Positions 1-11,641 of a stretch of DNA of 64,000 bases are shown here, one piece after another; the stretch's first letter is position 1; each line of letters starts with the position of its first letter. The DNA is from a bacterium. GTDB lineage: Bacteria > UBA8248. The position numbers and the translations under genes were made by a program. Location of the stretch: assembly GCA_965207065.1 (NCBI GenBank), contig OZ242260.1, positions 2,272,001 to 2,336,000 of the forward strand, given 5' to 3'. Below the pieces are notes generated by a model, which was given only the letters and a program-made list of their open reading frames with translations, did not search any database and was not told where the DNA came from.

Positions 1-1264
1 ATTCCGTCCTGTTGTCGGACGAGCGGACGGAGTCTTTCAGGCCGGGGGGCAAGGCGCCCTCTGTGGTGGCAAGTCCCGCCGCCCATGAAGCCCTCTGCCG
101 CGTTCTCTCGCGCGCGAACGAGGCGGATCTTGCCGTATTTCCCCTGGGGATGAGGCACGGGTCGTGGAACGGGACATGCACCCGAAAGATATGACGTGGT
201 ACTCTCTCTGGAGCGCATGTCGAAGGCGATGGAGTTTCTGAAAGACGACCTCACCGCCGTGGTGGAGGCGGGCATGAGCGTCGAGGATCTCAATCGGTTT
301 ACGGGGGCAGAGGGCCAGACGGCGGGGCTCGATCCACCGTATCTTGAAACCTCCACCGTGGGGGGAACGATAATCGCGGATCGTTCCGGGTCCCATGCGG
401 GTGCGCTGGGGCAAGGCACGCGACTGCGTGATGCGCATGATGGTGGCCCTGGTTGATGGCGCGACCCACACCTATGTCGCGCTGGTAGTGAAAAACGTCA
501 CCGGCTACGACATGAACCGCCTTTTGTCGGGGAATTGGGAGACGCCGGCCGTCGTCATCGAGTTGGCGATTCGCCTATACAAGGCTTCCGAACACATCGG
601 GGCGAGTGCTGCCTCTTTCCCGTCCACGGACGCCGCGTTCAAGGCCGCTCGCGCCTTGATGGCTTCGCCCTTCATGCCGATTTGGGCGGAAGTCGTGGAC
701 GATGCGCGCATCGCCTTGCCCAGCCCCGTCAGTCTCGTGGCTTCTTTAGGGGATTTTGAAGAGGGGATGAAAGATCAGCTGGCCCGCTTCGAAGAAATCC
801 TTGTAAATGCGGAAGCAGGTGACATTCTGCGCTTTGATGATGAGGAATCCGCGCGCCTGGGTCGCGCCCTGGCCTATCCGCCGGGAGGGGATTACTCAGG
901 CTCCGATGTGCTCTCTTTTCGGGCATCGGGCCGGCTCGATCAACTCCCCCAATTCGCGGAGGCATCGAGGCGCGCCGCCGATTCGGGGAAATACCGTTGC
1001 GCCGTCTCGGTTCATGCGGGCAGCGGCGTGCTCAGGTGCTGGCTTGCGCCCGAGTATGAAGAATCATCTCCGCTTAAGGCGTGGCGCGTCTCCTCCTCCC
1101 TTTGCAGAGAGGGGAGGGATGAAGCGCAAGCCCGCTCGGTTCATCTGCGCATGGATTCGGGGCCGGACTCGCTCAAGGAACAGGTACCAGTATGGGGTGA
1201 GGACGCGCTCGAACCCGCAGCGCTGCAGGTGATGTGGAACATCAAGAAAACCTATGACCCGTAG
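1..1264 (+). pseudogene. glcE: Glycolate oxidase FAD-binding subunit (GlcE-like), frameshifted and 5'-partial
   Basis: Motifs VEAG, STVGG, VVKNVTGYDMNRL and terminal IKKTYDP are spread over ORFs 12-194, 196-456 and 395-1264; lies upstream of a glcF-like gene. Confidence 0.7.
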
Positions 1265-1317
1265 GGAACTTTGAGTCCCGGCCGCTTCGTGGACCGGATA
1301 TAGTGCGGGAGGATTCA

Positions 1318-2652
1318 GTGACGACAGGTGATAAAACAGGTTTCGCGCAGGGTTTTTCCGAATACGAGAATCCCTTCATCGGCCCGGGTGCTCCCGACAG
1401 GCGGATGATCCAGCGCTGCATCCATTGCGGATCCTGCGTGACGAGCTGTCCCACATTCACGCTGCTCGACAACGAGATGGACTCCCCGCGCGGGAGAATC
1501 TACATCATGCGCCTGGTGGCGGAGGGCGAAATGGCGCCTGATGAGACAGTGATGAAACACCTTGATCGCTGCCTGGACTGCCGCGCCTGCGAGACGGCGT
1601 GCCCTATGGCTCATTGATCGAGGCGGCGCGCGAGGGGCTGGAAAAGATACGAAAACGCTCACTTCCGGTTCGGATTTTCAGAAGGTTCTTGTTCCGCTGG
1701 CTTTTGCCGAACAGGACGCTTCTCAGACTTGCGGGCGTGGCCACCCGTCTATATCAGGCCACGCCTTTGAAAAGCGTAGTGAAAGCTACGGGACTTTTGC
1801 CCAGGAAACTGGCCGAGATCGAGCCCATGATGCAAGAGCCCCCGTCAATATCCTCGATGAGACCCCTACCCAATGAAGTTGCGCCCATCAGGGATGAAAA
1901 CACTGCGTCGCCTTCTTCGGCGGGTGCATTCAATACACCCTGTGCGGCGACGTGAACCGGGCCGCCTTACGCGCCCTGGCGGTGAACGGGGTGCGCGTCG
2001 TGTTCCCCGCCGCGTAGACGTGTTGCGGCGCGCTGCAGTCCCATGCCGGGGACAGGGCGAGGATCCTAGCTCGCAAGAACCTGGACGCCATCAACTCTGC
2101 CGGGTTCGACACCGTCGTCCTGGCTGGCACAGGCTGCGGGGCGATGCTCCATGAATATGGGGACTTGCTCGCAGCGAATCCCGTCTACGCGAGCCGTGCC
2201 GCGGCGTTCAGCGAGAAGGCGATGGACGTCACCGTGTTTCTCGCGAGAATCGGCGCAAGAGAGGCGCATCACCCCTCGCCCCGAAAATAGCCTACCACCA
2301 CCCGTGTCATTTGTTTCACGCGCTCAAGGTCCGCAGCGAGCCGCTCGAGGTTCTCTCCGCGATCCAAAACGCCGAAATTGCGCCCTTTGAGGAGAGCGAC
2401 TGGTGCTGCGGCTCCGCGGGAAGCTACAACCTCACTCATACGGAGATTTCCATGCGGCTTCTCGACAGAAAGATGGGTCACGTGAAAGACTCGGGTGCGC
2501 CCGTGGTCTGCACGGGTAACCCCGGTTGCCAGATTCAAATCGCGTTCGGCGCCCGCGAGCGGGACATGGACCTTCGGGTCGTGCATCCCGTCGTCCTGCT
2601 CGATGAGGCGTGTGAGGCGGAAGGCATATACCGGGGCGCGACGCTTCCATGA
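1318..2652 (+). pseudogene. glcF: Glycolate oxidase Fe-S subunit (GlcF-like), multiple stops and frameshifts
   Basis: CIHCGSC..CPT, DSPRGRI, CLDCRACETACP, CCGSAGSYN and NPGCQIQI motifs in separate frames. Confidence 0.8.
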
Positions 2653-3027
2653 TCTGATAACCAGCGAGAAGCACAGCCCATGAGGCAACGGGGAGGTCGC
2701 GATGTGTCTTGACTTCATCAAACTCTCCCTCGATGAAGTCGAGATCATGGTCGACGCGCCTATCATGCACACGTTAAACGAATACCGAGCGCTGTTAGCC
2801 GGCCACCCTGCGTACAGCCTGCGGGTAGCCGACTGGTCCAGGCCCGGCTACCCGAGTCATCAGGCAGTGTGAATGATTTCCCCGTCTGGGCGTATGCCAT
2901 GGATTCTGAATTTCCATTGCGGACTGATTCCTTCCCGGTTCTACATTTTGCGTTGTGTGCCGTGCGGGCGCAACCTGGGGAAAAAGAGGACGTGAGTACC
3001 GTAAAGCGCAGGCCGAACTGGAAACCA

Positions 3028-3780
3028 CTAGTAAATACTGAACGGGAAATACCGCTTGTTAATCTTCTCGTAAGTGCCGTCGGCGAGAATCGCTCCGAGC
3101 GCCATATTCAAACGGCGGCGCAGCGCCCTATCCTCCTTGCGTACCGCGATGCCGATGCCCTCATCGAGGCGATATCCTTTGCCTACGAAATCGAAGCGGG
3201 CGCCTTTCGGGCTCTGGAGCCAGTTCCAGAACCCGAGCCCGTCGCCGAATACCGCGTCTACCTTGTTCTCATAAAGCGCACGCAAGAGCGCTTCATGTTC
3301 CGTGAACAGCCTAACCGTGACAACACTCGAGAAATTGTCTTCCAGCCAGTCCGAGGCGATCGTTGCGCGCGCCACGCCGATTGTCCGTCCCGCCGGAGCG
3401 GAAGGATCGAAGCCAGCGCCCTTGGGCGCCACGAACCGTACGACGTTGCTGTAGTATCTGTCGGTGAACGCGACAAGCTCCCGGCGCTTCTCGGTGATCG
3501 ACATGCTGGACACGATCGCGTCGTACTTACCGGCTTGTAAGCCGGGTATCAGATTCTCCCAGTCCTGTCGGACGAACTTGCACTCGGTTTTCAACTTAGC
3601 GCAGAGCGCCAGGGCGATATCGATATCGAAACCCTTGAGAGCGCCCCCATCGTCGATGTAGCTGAAGGGCGGATAGCCGACGTCGACGCCGATACGCAGA
3701 TTACCTGGCGCAGCGTCGACGAAGAGAACCGGACCATGCAAAAGAAGAAAAAAGAAAAGCGTCGTGGCAAATATTTTCAT
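3028..3780 (-). CDS. Amino-acid ABC transporter substrate-binding protein (family 3)
   Basis: Signal peptide; YPPFS, GFDIDIA, SMSITEKR and GIGIAVRK motifs. Confidence 0.9.
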   Translation of the reverse strand: MKIFATTLFFFLLLHGPVLFVDAAPGNLRIGVDVGYPPFSYIDDGGALKGFDIDIALALCAKLKTECKFVRQDWENLIPGLQAGKYDAIVSSMSITEKRRELVAFTDRYYSNVVRFVAPKGAGFDPSAPAGRTIGVARATIASDWLEDNFSSVVTVRLFTEHEALLRALYENKVDAVFGDGLGFWNWLQSPKGARFDFVGKGYRLDEGIGIAVRKEDRALRRRLNMALGAILADGTYEKINKRYFPFSIY

Positions 3781-3809
3781 GAATGCCCCTTATCCGTTAT
3801 CAATACAGT

Positions 3810-4025
3810 TTAACCCAATTCTCCCGCGAGCGGAAAGAAGCCGAAATAGCTCTGCCTCCTCGAGGTGCTCTGGCAACAGGCGCTGTTATCATGTTTCTTT
3901 CGGGAGCGAGAATCCACTCTCTCCACCTCGGCGCGAATTCTGTGTATCGTGTACGCTTCGAGCCCGACCTCGGCAAGTAGTTCGTCTGCGGTGGGAACGT
4001 CGGCGGCGCATTTGTTCTCGTGCAT
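3810..4025 (-). CDS. Small hypothetical protein, paralog of 50542-50676
   Basis: DVPTADELLAEVGLEAY vs DVPTADELLAELGLDAY. Confidence 0.5.
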   Translation of the reverse strand: MHENKCAADVPTADELLAEVGLEAYTIHRIRAEVERVDSRSRKKHDNSACCQSTSRRQSYFGFFPLAGELG

Positions 4026-4210
4026 GGCCCAGGCTCATCTCGATTTGCCGCCGACAAGGGGGTCGGGAGACTGTCTCCCTCTCGCTTCCTGGCTTGTCGC
4101 CCGGCTCCCCGCATCGCTCTCACACTTAAGCCGAGGTTCTTATCCGGTGGGAGCCACTCGCAGACATCGCCGGAAATTGGTTGTGCACCGGTTTTGTGTC
4201 AAAATGAGAC

Positions 4211-4630
4211 ATGAAAGGACGGAAGGACACTCGTATGAAAAGACTTGGTTTCTGGATACTGGCGATCCTGTGGCTGCCGGCGGGGATTATCGTGTGCGAG
4301 ATTGTGCGCACGGGCTCTTTGGAGGAAATGTTGATGCCGTTCCCGCTCGTGGAGTTGTTTTTCGTCGCTCCTTGCGGCCTGCCGCTTGCACTCGCTTGCC
4401 TGCGCCTGGGCCGGTCGGATTTTCGGGGTGTAGCCTTTATTGCGTGGGTCGTGCTCGGCGCAGCCGTATCGGCGGGTTTGTTCGGCCCGCTCCCAATTGG
4501 TATTCAGGCGCTCGCTGCCTACCTTCCGGTCTGGTGGATAGTGCGGCGCATTGAGCGGCCGCCCCGCCGCCGCTTACCTATCCCGCCTCAGCCTCTCCTG
4601 GGCGCACAGCGTAAAACGCCCCGGTCATGA
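4211..4630 (+). CDS. Hypothetical membrane protein, paralog of 50863-51222
   Basis: Shared GFW.LA.LWLP.G and APCGLPLALAC motifs; hydrophobic segments. Confidence 0.6.
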   Translation: MKGRKDTRMKRLGFWILAILWLPAGIIVCEIVRTGSLEEMLMPFPLVELFFVAPCGLPLALACLRLGRSDFRGVAFIAWVVLGAAVSAGLFGPLPIGIQALAAYLPVWWIVRRIERPPRRRLPIPPQPLLGAQRKTPRS

Positions 4631-4916
4631 ATGCGTTCGCCTTGACGGCCCAACAGGCGCCATTGAGAAAGATCCGGTGTCGGTGTATATTGGTCGAATA
4701 TTCGTTCAGCTTTGAGAAAAAGCGTCGTCTCATGAGAAAATGTGAACCAGCCGCTTTAGGCGCATATTCTCCTTGTGATTTGCTGCCTTGGGGAAAGCGG
4801 CGAGTCGTCCCTTTCGGCATCCTCTGTTGGAAACGTCCTGAAGAATGAATGCAGCATCTCCCTCTTGCCGGGAGGGGCGGCGACTAGAACACATCACTTT
4901 CATTCGGAAGGGAAAG

Positions 4917-5189
4917 ATGCGGAAATCCGACATCTCGACCCATGTCGCAGAGAGGGTCTCCCTCTCGAAGACCGAGGCGCGAAGCGCTGTGGATGCGCTA
5001 TTGGGCGCCGTGGGGGATGCTCTAACTCGCGGGGAGAGGGTCTACCTGCCGGGTCTCGGGGCGTTCTCGCTCAGGAGCCGCCCGGCGCGGCGGGGACGGA
5101 ACCCACGCACGGGGGAGCGCATCGACCTGCCAGCTTCGAAGACGCCACATTTCAAGGCCGCCAGGGCGCTCAGGGACGCAGTGCGCTAA
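4917..5189 (+). CDS. hup: HU/IHF-family histone-like DNA-binding protein
   Basis: GLGAFS...ARRGRNPRTGE...FKAARALRDAV signature. Confidence 0.92.
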   Translation: MRKSDISTHVAERVSLSKTEARSAVDALLGAVGDALTRGERVYLPGLGAFSLRSRPARRGRNPRTGERIDLPASKTPHFKAARALRDAVR

Positions 5190-5586
5190 CACCGGCGTCG
5201 AATAGGTCCCCGGTGATGCCGTCCGCGAAGCAAACCAAGGCTTCCATCGCCGAATCGCTAGTGAGGTGCGCTTAGCGCGTCGTGGTTTCGCTCTTGACCC
5301 GGCCCGGGAGTTTCTCCGCGAAGCTGAAACAAGCCGCCGGCGTCGCCGAAATCGGCCACCTCCGGCGGCGCGGTTCGCCACGAGAGCATTATCCTGAGCC
5401 ACGTGATCGTCAAAGGGCGCAGCCGCAACACCGACCGGCTGTCCCTCACACAAGAGGAATGGCCCGCCGTCTGCGATGCGCATGGGTATCTATTCGCGCC
5501 GGATGATTTCGAGGCATGGGGCCACCGGAAACGCTCCCTGAGTGACCTCGCACGCGCAATTCGGCGAAAAAACGCTTGTTGATCAA

Positions 5587-6585
5587 TTATTTTTCACTGT
5601 CGGGAGGGAATCGGGACACCCCGTTCTCGCTGAACCGCTCGCTCAGACCCACGAACGACCCGACGAACACGCCCGTACTGCCGTCGTTCTCCTCGAAATC
5701 AGCGTAGCTGAAGCCCGCCACCAGCCGGGGGTTCCCGTCCGTGTCCTGGCGGCTGGACAGGGCCCCGCCCCAAAATCCCTCCGATTTCGTGACACTACGT
5801 TCAGGGTGTCGCAACGTCACCCGGTCCCGCTCGAACATGCCGTCTTCCCTCATAATCGCTGTGGCGAGGTGGAGTTCGTAGTCCCTGGCGACGTCCTGCG
5901 CGTCGCTTACGTCATCGCCCAGGAAGACCCCGAAATGCGCGCGCCGCGTTACGAGATCGCCCACGCACCCGATGCAGCCTTTGAGAGTCCCGTCAGTGAA
6001 GTCTGCAGTCAGGGTGATCGTCCCCTGGTATTCCTCAAGCACGAAGGCGCCTTCATTCTCTCCCCAATTGCTTCCGGCCTCGTATGAGTAGAGTCCCCCG
6101 GCCGGACCCGCGTACGCTGCCGTCCCTGTAACCGGGAGTTGTGGTGTGACGCCATGGTCGAGTTCGGGACCGTCGATAATCGCGTACTGCACCGAACCCT
6201 CGAAAGTGAGCGGCGGTTTCTGGTCGGGGAACTGCACCCACCAGCCGGCCACGAGGTAGTCCGCCGGGTCGTTCGGGTCCCAGCTCACCAGGCTGTGCGC
6301 GACCGCTGTGGCGTCGTCCGTGATTTTTTGAAAGGTCCAGGCATGCGCCTGATGGCCGGGTATGGGCGTCATCCCGGGCGCCGACTCGATGGCATCGTCG
6401 GTCGTGTTCACGGATGCCTGGGTTCCATCTTCCAGCGGCACGAATAACCGCAAGCTCTCGCCGTCGAACTCGGTGTTCCTCTCGAGCATGATGACGCCCC
6501 CGGGCGGCTGTGCGCCGCTGCCGCCGCTTCCCATACAGGCACTCAGCAACAACGACATGACAAGTAGTGCGGGTATATATTTCAT
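5587..6585 (-). CDS. Lipoprotein with TbpB/fHbp-like beta-barrel
   Basis: Lipobox LLSAC; LPVTGTAAYAG and ITLTADF motifs; paralog of 7539-8558. Confidence 0.7.
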   Translation of the reverse strand: MKYIPALLVMSLLLSACMGSGGSGAQPPGGVIMLERNTEFDGESLRLFVPLEDGTQASVNTTDDAIESAPGMTPIPGHQAHAWTFQKITDDATAVAHSLVSWDPNDPADYLVAGWWVQFPDQKPPLTFEGSVQYAIIDGPELDHGVTPQLPVTGTAAYAGPAGGLYSYEAGSNWGENEGAFVLEEYQGTITLTADFTDGTLKGCIGCVGDLVTRRAHFGVFLGDDVSDAQDVARDYELHLATAIMREDGMFERDRVTLRHPERSVTKSEGFWGGALSSRQDTDGNPRLVAGFSYADFEENDGSTGVFVGSFVGLSERFSENGVSRFPPDSEK

Positions 6586-6991
6586 GTTGATCCCCCTTCA
6601 TCCGAGTCAATGAATCCTTCGTGGTTTGTCATCACTGGAATTGCAGCAATTCACATGTTCTGCCAGACTGGCGCTCATAAGCGCATGGTTTGATTGCTGT
6701 TGAAAAAAATCGCCGTCGAACCGTTCTTGACAGATGTGCGTGCCGACAAATGCAGGCATCGTTTCCCGTCACTATAGATTGACGGGAAATCAATCTCTGT
6801 GAGTCCAGGAGACGCAACACCCGCGTAACCCCTCACTGCCGTATGTTAAGCCTCGTGGAAGCACAATGCAATTATTTTGGTTTCTTGGTTTTTTATGGAT
6901 GATGTGGAACTCCACATGACCCGCAGCGCATACAGAGTCCCCTGCCTTGCGCTCACGCCTGCGCATCCTGAGCCTTTCCAGGGCCCTCTTA

Positions 6992-7157
6992 CGGCCTCTC
7001 GACTAACGCCACCTCCGTCTCGACGTCTTCTGCGCGTATTGTCATGCCGACATGAACACCTCGTATCGAATCGCATTTCCGGCGCCATAGTAAGATTCCA
7101 TCCATTGCAGACAATGCTCCCAGCACCGTGCCCATCACGGCCCGCCCGATCGGTTGC
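6992..7157 (-). mobile_element. Degenerate left end of the IS66 family seen at 17409-21549
   Basis: 6992-7055 resembles the tnpC start region 20579-20642; IR-like ccatcacggcccgcccgatcggttgc at 7132-7157 at a similar distance from the ATG. Confidence 0.6.
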
Positions 7158-7538
7158 CGTGTCGCCAGTCGAAGGTATTCGTTATGTCGTGCCGTGATGG
7201 AAATATTCGGCAGCGGTAGTCTTAATTCTATTTCCACCGTCTCGGCCAATAGTATATCTTGGTATCTCTGCGAAGTTGCGTTATATTAACGGCACTTCCA
7301 TGCCGAGTTTCATATTCTGGTCGGCGCCGTAAAAACTTGAATCGTGAAGTCCTGAAACCACTGCATCACGGCATGAGCGAGCCATTTCCCTCTACAATCC
7401 AGAACGCAAAGGGATACTTCCTGATTTGTGCAAGTGTGTTTCCAGTCGCCGCCCATGCAAGATATCACCTCAACGGGAGAATACGTTAGCGTCGTCCCGT
7501 GCGAGTACGCGGGCGAATTCCGGGCGCGGGGGCGTACG

Positions 7539-8558
7539 TCAGTCTGTTTTGACCGCGCTGCCCGCATCGGGCCTGAGCATTGCGGGCGTAAGCGCATCGA
7601 AGATGCCCCTGAAGTTTCCGCTGGAGCCGTCGTTTTCAGCGAAGTGAACATCGCTCGAGCCGACCACACGGCGGGGGTGGCCGTTTGCGTCCGGAACGTT
7701 CGAGAACTGACCGCGCCACGTTCCGGCGGTTTGCGTGATTTCGCGGTCGGGGTGCGTGACAGTGATCTCTGTATCCTCGAATGCGCCCTTCGCGTCAAAG
7801 GATGCAGAAAACCGCAGGTCGTAGTCTGCCGGCAACGCCTCGGGGTCGGTGCCCTGCCAGGGCACGACAGGAAAGAGGTGGCGGCCGGGTGCGGTTTCGG
7901 TCGGCCTGGTGCATCCCATACAACCCGTGATGCGCCTGACGGCGAAATCCGCGGTCAAGGAGATAGTCCCCGCGAATTCGGTGTACTCTGAACTACCGGC
8001 CAACTCGCCCCAGTTGCGGCCGTAGTTGTACGTGTACAGGCCGCCGGCGCCGCCGACATAGGTGGCCGTGCCGCTCAGGGGGAGGTCGGGTGGTTTGACG
8101 GGGTCGAGTTCCGGGCCATCGAGGAAAACGCCGCGCATGGCGGAATTAATGGCCCTATAGGATGCGTCGGGAGGATAGACGAGCCACCAACCGGCAGCGA
8201 GGTAGTCGGTAGGGTCGGCGTCGTTCCACGAAACGACGGTGTAGAGCAGGATTTTGCCGTCGTAGTGGTTTTCCGCGAGAAGCCATTCGCGGCTGGAATG
8301 GCCGGGTTGCGCTGGCCGGGGGAGGTAGAGCCCCCAAGAATTTTCCTGGTGGCGGACTGTATCGAGCGTGCGGATGCGGCCATCGTGGTAGCGCACGTCG
8401 ATGCTGTGGACGCCATCGACGAAGGTCGTCCGCGTGCGAAACGGTTGAGGTGTGGGCGTAAGCGTGGGCGTCGAAATTAATGGCGGAGAGGAACCGCCAC
8501 CGAAACAACCCGCCGTCAGCGAAACCAGTAACAGGGTAATCAGTGTCCGGAGATTCAT
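7539..8558 (-). CDS. Lipoprotein with TbpB-like beta-barrel
   Basis: Lipobox LTAGC; DYLAAGWW, DGPELD and LPLSGTATYVG shared with the 5587-6585 paralog. Confidence 0.75.
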   Translation of the reverse strand: MNLRTLITLLLVSLTAGCFGGGSSPPLISTPTLTPTPQPFRTRTTFVDGVHSIDVRYHDGRIRTLDTVRHQENSWGLYLPRPAQPGHSSREWLLAENHYDGKILLYTVVSWNDADPTDYLAAGWWLVYPPDASYRAINSAMRGVFLDGPELDPVKPPDLPLSGTATYVGGAGGLYTYNYGRNWGELAGSSEYTEFAGTISLTADFAVRRITGCMGCTRPTETAPGRHLFPVVPWQGTDPEALPADYDLRFSASFDAKGAFEDTEITVTHPDREITQTAGTWRGQFSNVPDANGHPRRVVGSSDVHFAENDGSSGNFRGIFDALTPAMLRPDAGSAVKTD

Positions 8559-9307
8559 ATGCAGTCCTTTGCACGAAACGAGCCAGTGAAAAAACGGGGC
8601 GTTCGATCCTCTTCCCCGGTAGTCCCGACGACAGGAACGCCGGGAACGACCGCCAGATGTCCAGTATACACCTTCAATATGGGGTTGGTGTGAAGATTCG
8701 GGATGATGACATAATCATCGTGGAGAGATATGCCAAATTTTCAAGTGGCACGCGAACCTTCAGCGGTAAGGAATGCAGGTCGACCTCTCTGTCGCTCGAG
8801 GCACTGCAAGCTCGCTTACGCTCTTTCAGGCGACGTTCCTCGTCCTCGTACAAGTCACGTCCGAAACCCGAAACGAAATAGAATCTGCCTGCGTTCGCGA
8901 AATCTTCGAGGGGAGAAAACGCTGCCCTGAATACCCAAAACCCTTACCTCCGCTCAAACAAGCCTCATGTTCACGGTACCGGGCACCTGCAGCCGGGCAC
9001 CGACCTTGTTCCGGCAACGTGCGTTCGGTCTTTAGGGGCGATCTTTCATCCTGCATCGAAGGCTGAAGACGCGATGCGAAAGGAAATGGAATTCACCGTC
9101 TTCAAGCGCCACTACTTGGACGAGTTTCCGAACAAAGACGCGCTGGCGCAGGACGTTTTAATGTTATGGACGCGTGAAGCTGGAATCATGAGCCATCCAG
9201 GCCCGTGGTCACGCGCAAGGGGAGTGGATCTTTTCGTTCGCGCCTAGCGGTGATAGGGTGATAGGATTGAAGGATTCACACCGCCCTTGGTGAGTCAACG
9301 CCTCATG

Positions 9308-10003
9308 AATAAATGGTTGCGTCGTCCGGGGGCTCCGCACACGATTCCCTTGAATCCCGAGGAAATGAATGAAGTCTGTTCTGTTCTGGCGGGAGAGTTC
9401 GACGAACCCGATGAGGTTTTCATGAATTTCATGGTGCGCCTCCCCAGCTGGGCGAGGCTCGAGTTCGAAAACGTCGACAGAATGTTCGGGGAATTGACGA
9501 GGGGCCATGCGCCCCTGCTTGACTTCGTTAAAAGGTGCCGGGTGCGGGTATATGACGATCGGCGAACCTTGGAGATTGACTATCGCCGCCTTTGGCTGCT
9601 CGACAGCGTTCGCATACGTGCGGACGCTGAAGAGGAGGAGTGGCGTTTTCGTGCGATTGAGGCGGCGTCCCGGGTTCTCGAGAGCCGCGGGGAGCGTGTC
9701 CAGGCGTGCCGTTTCGCAGCCTTGCTCCAGGGGTTGCTGTGGCTGACGATTCAGGCGTTTTCGGGGGCGTCACTGGTGTATCTGTGGAACATCGGGCGGA
9801 CGGATACGAATCTCCTATGGGCGGGCGCCGCGGCCTTCTCGCTGTCTGCTGCCACGTTCGCGCCCGGCCTTTTGAAGCGGATGTTTCCCCAGGATACGGA
9901 AGTAGAGGCGAGAAGCCCGCTACGCCTGTTTCTGGGTGTGGTTTCTATGCTTTCGAGTATCGCTGCGGCTGTAGCGGCGATACTCGGCCTCGCCGGCATA
10001 TGA
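9308..10003 (+). CDS. Hypothetical membrane protein
   Basis: About 230-aa ORF with three C-terminal hydrophobic segments; abuts the P450 gene. Confidence 0.5.
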   Translation, partial: NKWLRRPGAPHTIPLNPEEMNEVCSVLAGEFDEPDEVFMNFMVRLPSWARLEFENVDRMFGELTRGHAPLLDFVKRCRVRVYDDRRTLEIDYRRLWLLDSVRIRADAEEEEWRFRAIEAASRVLESRGERVQACRFAALLQGLLWLTIQAFSGASLVYLWNIGRTDTNLLWAGAAAFSLSAATFAPGLLKRMFPQDTEVEARSPLRLFLGVVSMLSSIAAAVAAILGLAGI

Positions 10004-10030
10004 GCGCATGGCGTCGTTTATTCGGTAAAC

Positions 10031-11434
10031 TTGAAAATGGCCACCGGGACGAGGGGAACTAGAAACGCCCAAAGGAAGTTCGGTGACCTCCCCGGACCTT
10101 TGGGTCTGCCTCTGCTCGGCAACCTTCACCAGATTCGTTTTGCGAGGATGCACTGCATACTCGAGAGATGGGCGGATCGATACGGGCCGATCTACCGTAT
10201 ATCGCTGGGCAGGCGGAATTACGCGGTGGTCTCGGAAGCGGACGCCATAGCCCATATACTGGGGAAGCGGCCCCACGGCTTCCGGCGCGCGAAGCCGCTG
10301 GCGGGAGTGGCGGAGGAGATGGGCCTCGCCGGTGTGTTCGCCGCTGAGGGGGAAGACTGGCGCAGGCGACGGCGCATCGTCGCCTCGGCTTTTAGTACTG
10401 CGCGTATGAAACGGTTCTTCCCCGAACTCGCGCGAGAAGTCGAGCGCCTGAGACGGCGCTGGGAACGCGCGGCCGATCATGGAGAGGCGATAGACCCCTG
10501 CCGTGACCTCATGCGCTTCACCGCCCGTGTCACCATGCAATTCGTCTTCGGCGTCGACCTCGGCGCGCCCGAAAGTCCCGGCGCATCCATCCGTCACCAT
10601 CTCGCCGCCATATTCCCGGTGTTGCACCGCCGTCTGAACCTGCCCTTACCCTTTTGGAGGTGCTTCCGGCTGCCTTCGGATCGAGCGCTCGAACGCGCCC
10701 TTGCCGGATTGAAATCCGAGGTTCGCGACATGATCCGCGCTGCTAAGGAACGAATGGAAGAAAACCCGCGGCGCAGCGTTACGCCTGGGAATTTCATCGA
10801 AGCCTCAATCGCCGCCTCCGGGGAGGGAGAACCTTTGTTTACGGACGATGAAATATTCGCGGACGCCGTGACGCTCCTGCTCGCCGGAGAAGACACTACC
10901 GCGAACACCCTCGCCTGGGCGCTCCACTACCTCGCGCAATATCCCGGGCACGCTGCGCGCCTTCGTGCGGAGGCAGACGAGGCGCTCGGCACGGCTTGTA
11001 AAACCTGGACATACGCGCAGACCGAATCCCTGCAGTTTCATGATGCGTTTCTGAGTGAGGTGATGCGTCTTAAGCCCGTCGCCCCGATCATCGGCATTGA
11101 ACCCAACCAGGATGCCGATATCCTCGGCTTCCCCATACCTGCGGGAACACCCATCCTTCTTCTCACCCGTCACACCGCGACGCGCGGCGAACGCCTTGCA
11201 CGCTTTGATCCGGATAATCCCCCCGATGCAATCTTTTTCCCGTTCGGTGGCGGGCCACGCCAGTGTCCTGGCCGAAACCTCGCTATGTGCGAGATGCGGG
11301 CCGTGCTCGCCATGGTGTGCACGAACTTCGCAGTGGAAGCCGCCTCGCCGCCAGAGGATGTGCGCGAGCGCCTCTCCTTCACCATGTCGCCCGAGAAACT
11401 TATCGTACGCATAAGGCGCAGACAAGGCGCTTGA
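10031..11434 (+). CDS. Cytochrome P450
   Basis: PGP..LP..GN, I-helix AGEDTT, EVMR (ExxR) and heme motif FGGGPRQCPG. Confidence 0.95.
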   Translation: MKMATGTRGTRNAQRKFGDLPGPLGLPLLGNLHQIRFARMHCILERWADRYGPIYRISLGRRNYAVVSEADAIAHILGKRPHGFRRAKPLAGVAEEMGLAGVFAAEGEDWRRRRRIVASAFSTARMKRFFPELAREVERLRRRWERAADHGEAIDPCRDLMRFTARVTMQFVFGVDLGAPESPGASIRHHLAAIFPVLHRRLNLPLPFWRCFRLPSDRALERALAGLKSEVRDMIRAAKERMEENPRRSVTPGNFIEASIAASGEGEPLFTDDEIFADAVTLLLAGEDTTANTLAWALHYLAQYPGHAARLRAEADEALGTACKTWTYAQTESLQFHDAFLSEVMRLKPVAPIIGIEPNQDADILGFPIPAGTPILLLTRHTATRGERLARFDPDNPPDAIFFPFGGGPRQCPGRNLAMCEMRAVLAMVCTNFAVEAASPPEDVRERLSFTMSPEKLIVRIRRRQGA

Positions 11435-11641
11435 TGAGGCTCGAATTCATCCCGAATCCCTCGCCGCGCCCAGGGCCTGCCACGTGGACGGTCGCGATGC
11501 CCGGAGGTGAAGATTATCTTCACGCTTTTTCAACAGCCCCGTCAGTGCCTGCCGACAAACGCCGGCACATTCCATACTTATCCGATAGCACCGGGAAAAG
11601 AAACATTCGGGAGCTTCCGCTTCCCTCTTAGGAGAGCGTCG

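Noticed and set aside
7113-7120. Third aatgctcc matching the IS66 target duplication
   Set aside because: An 8-mer can occur by chance in 64 kb, and it does not abut an IS terminus
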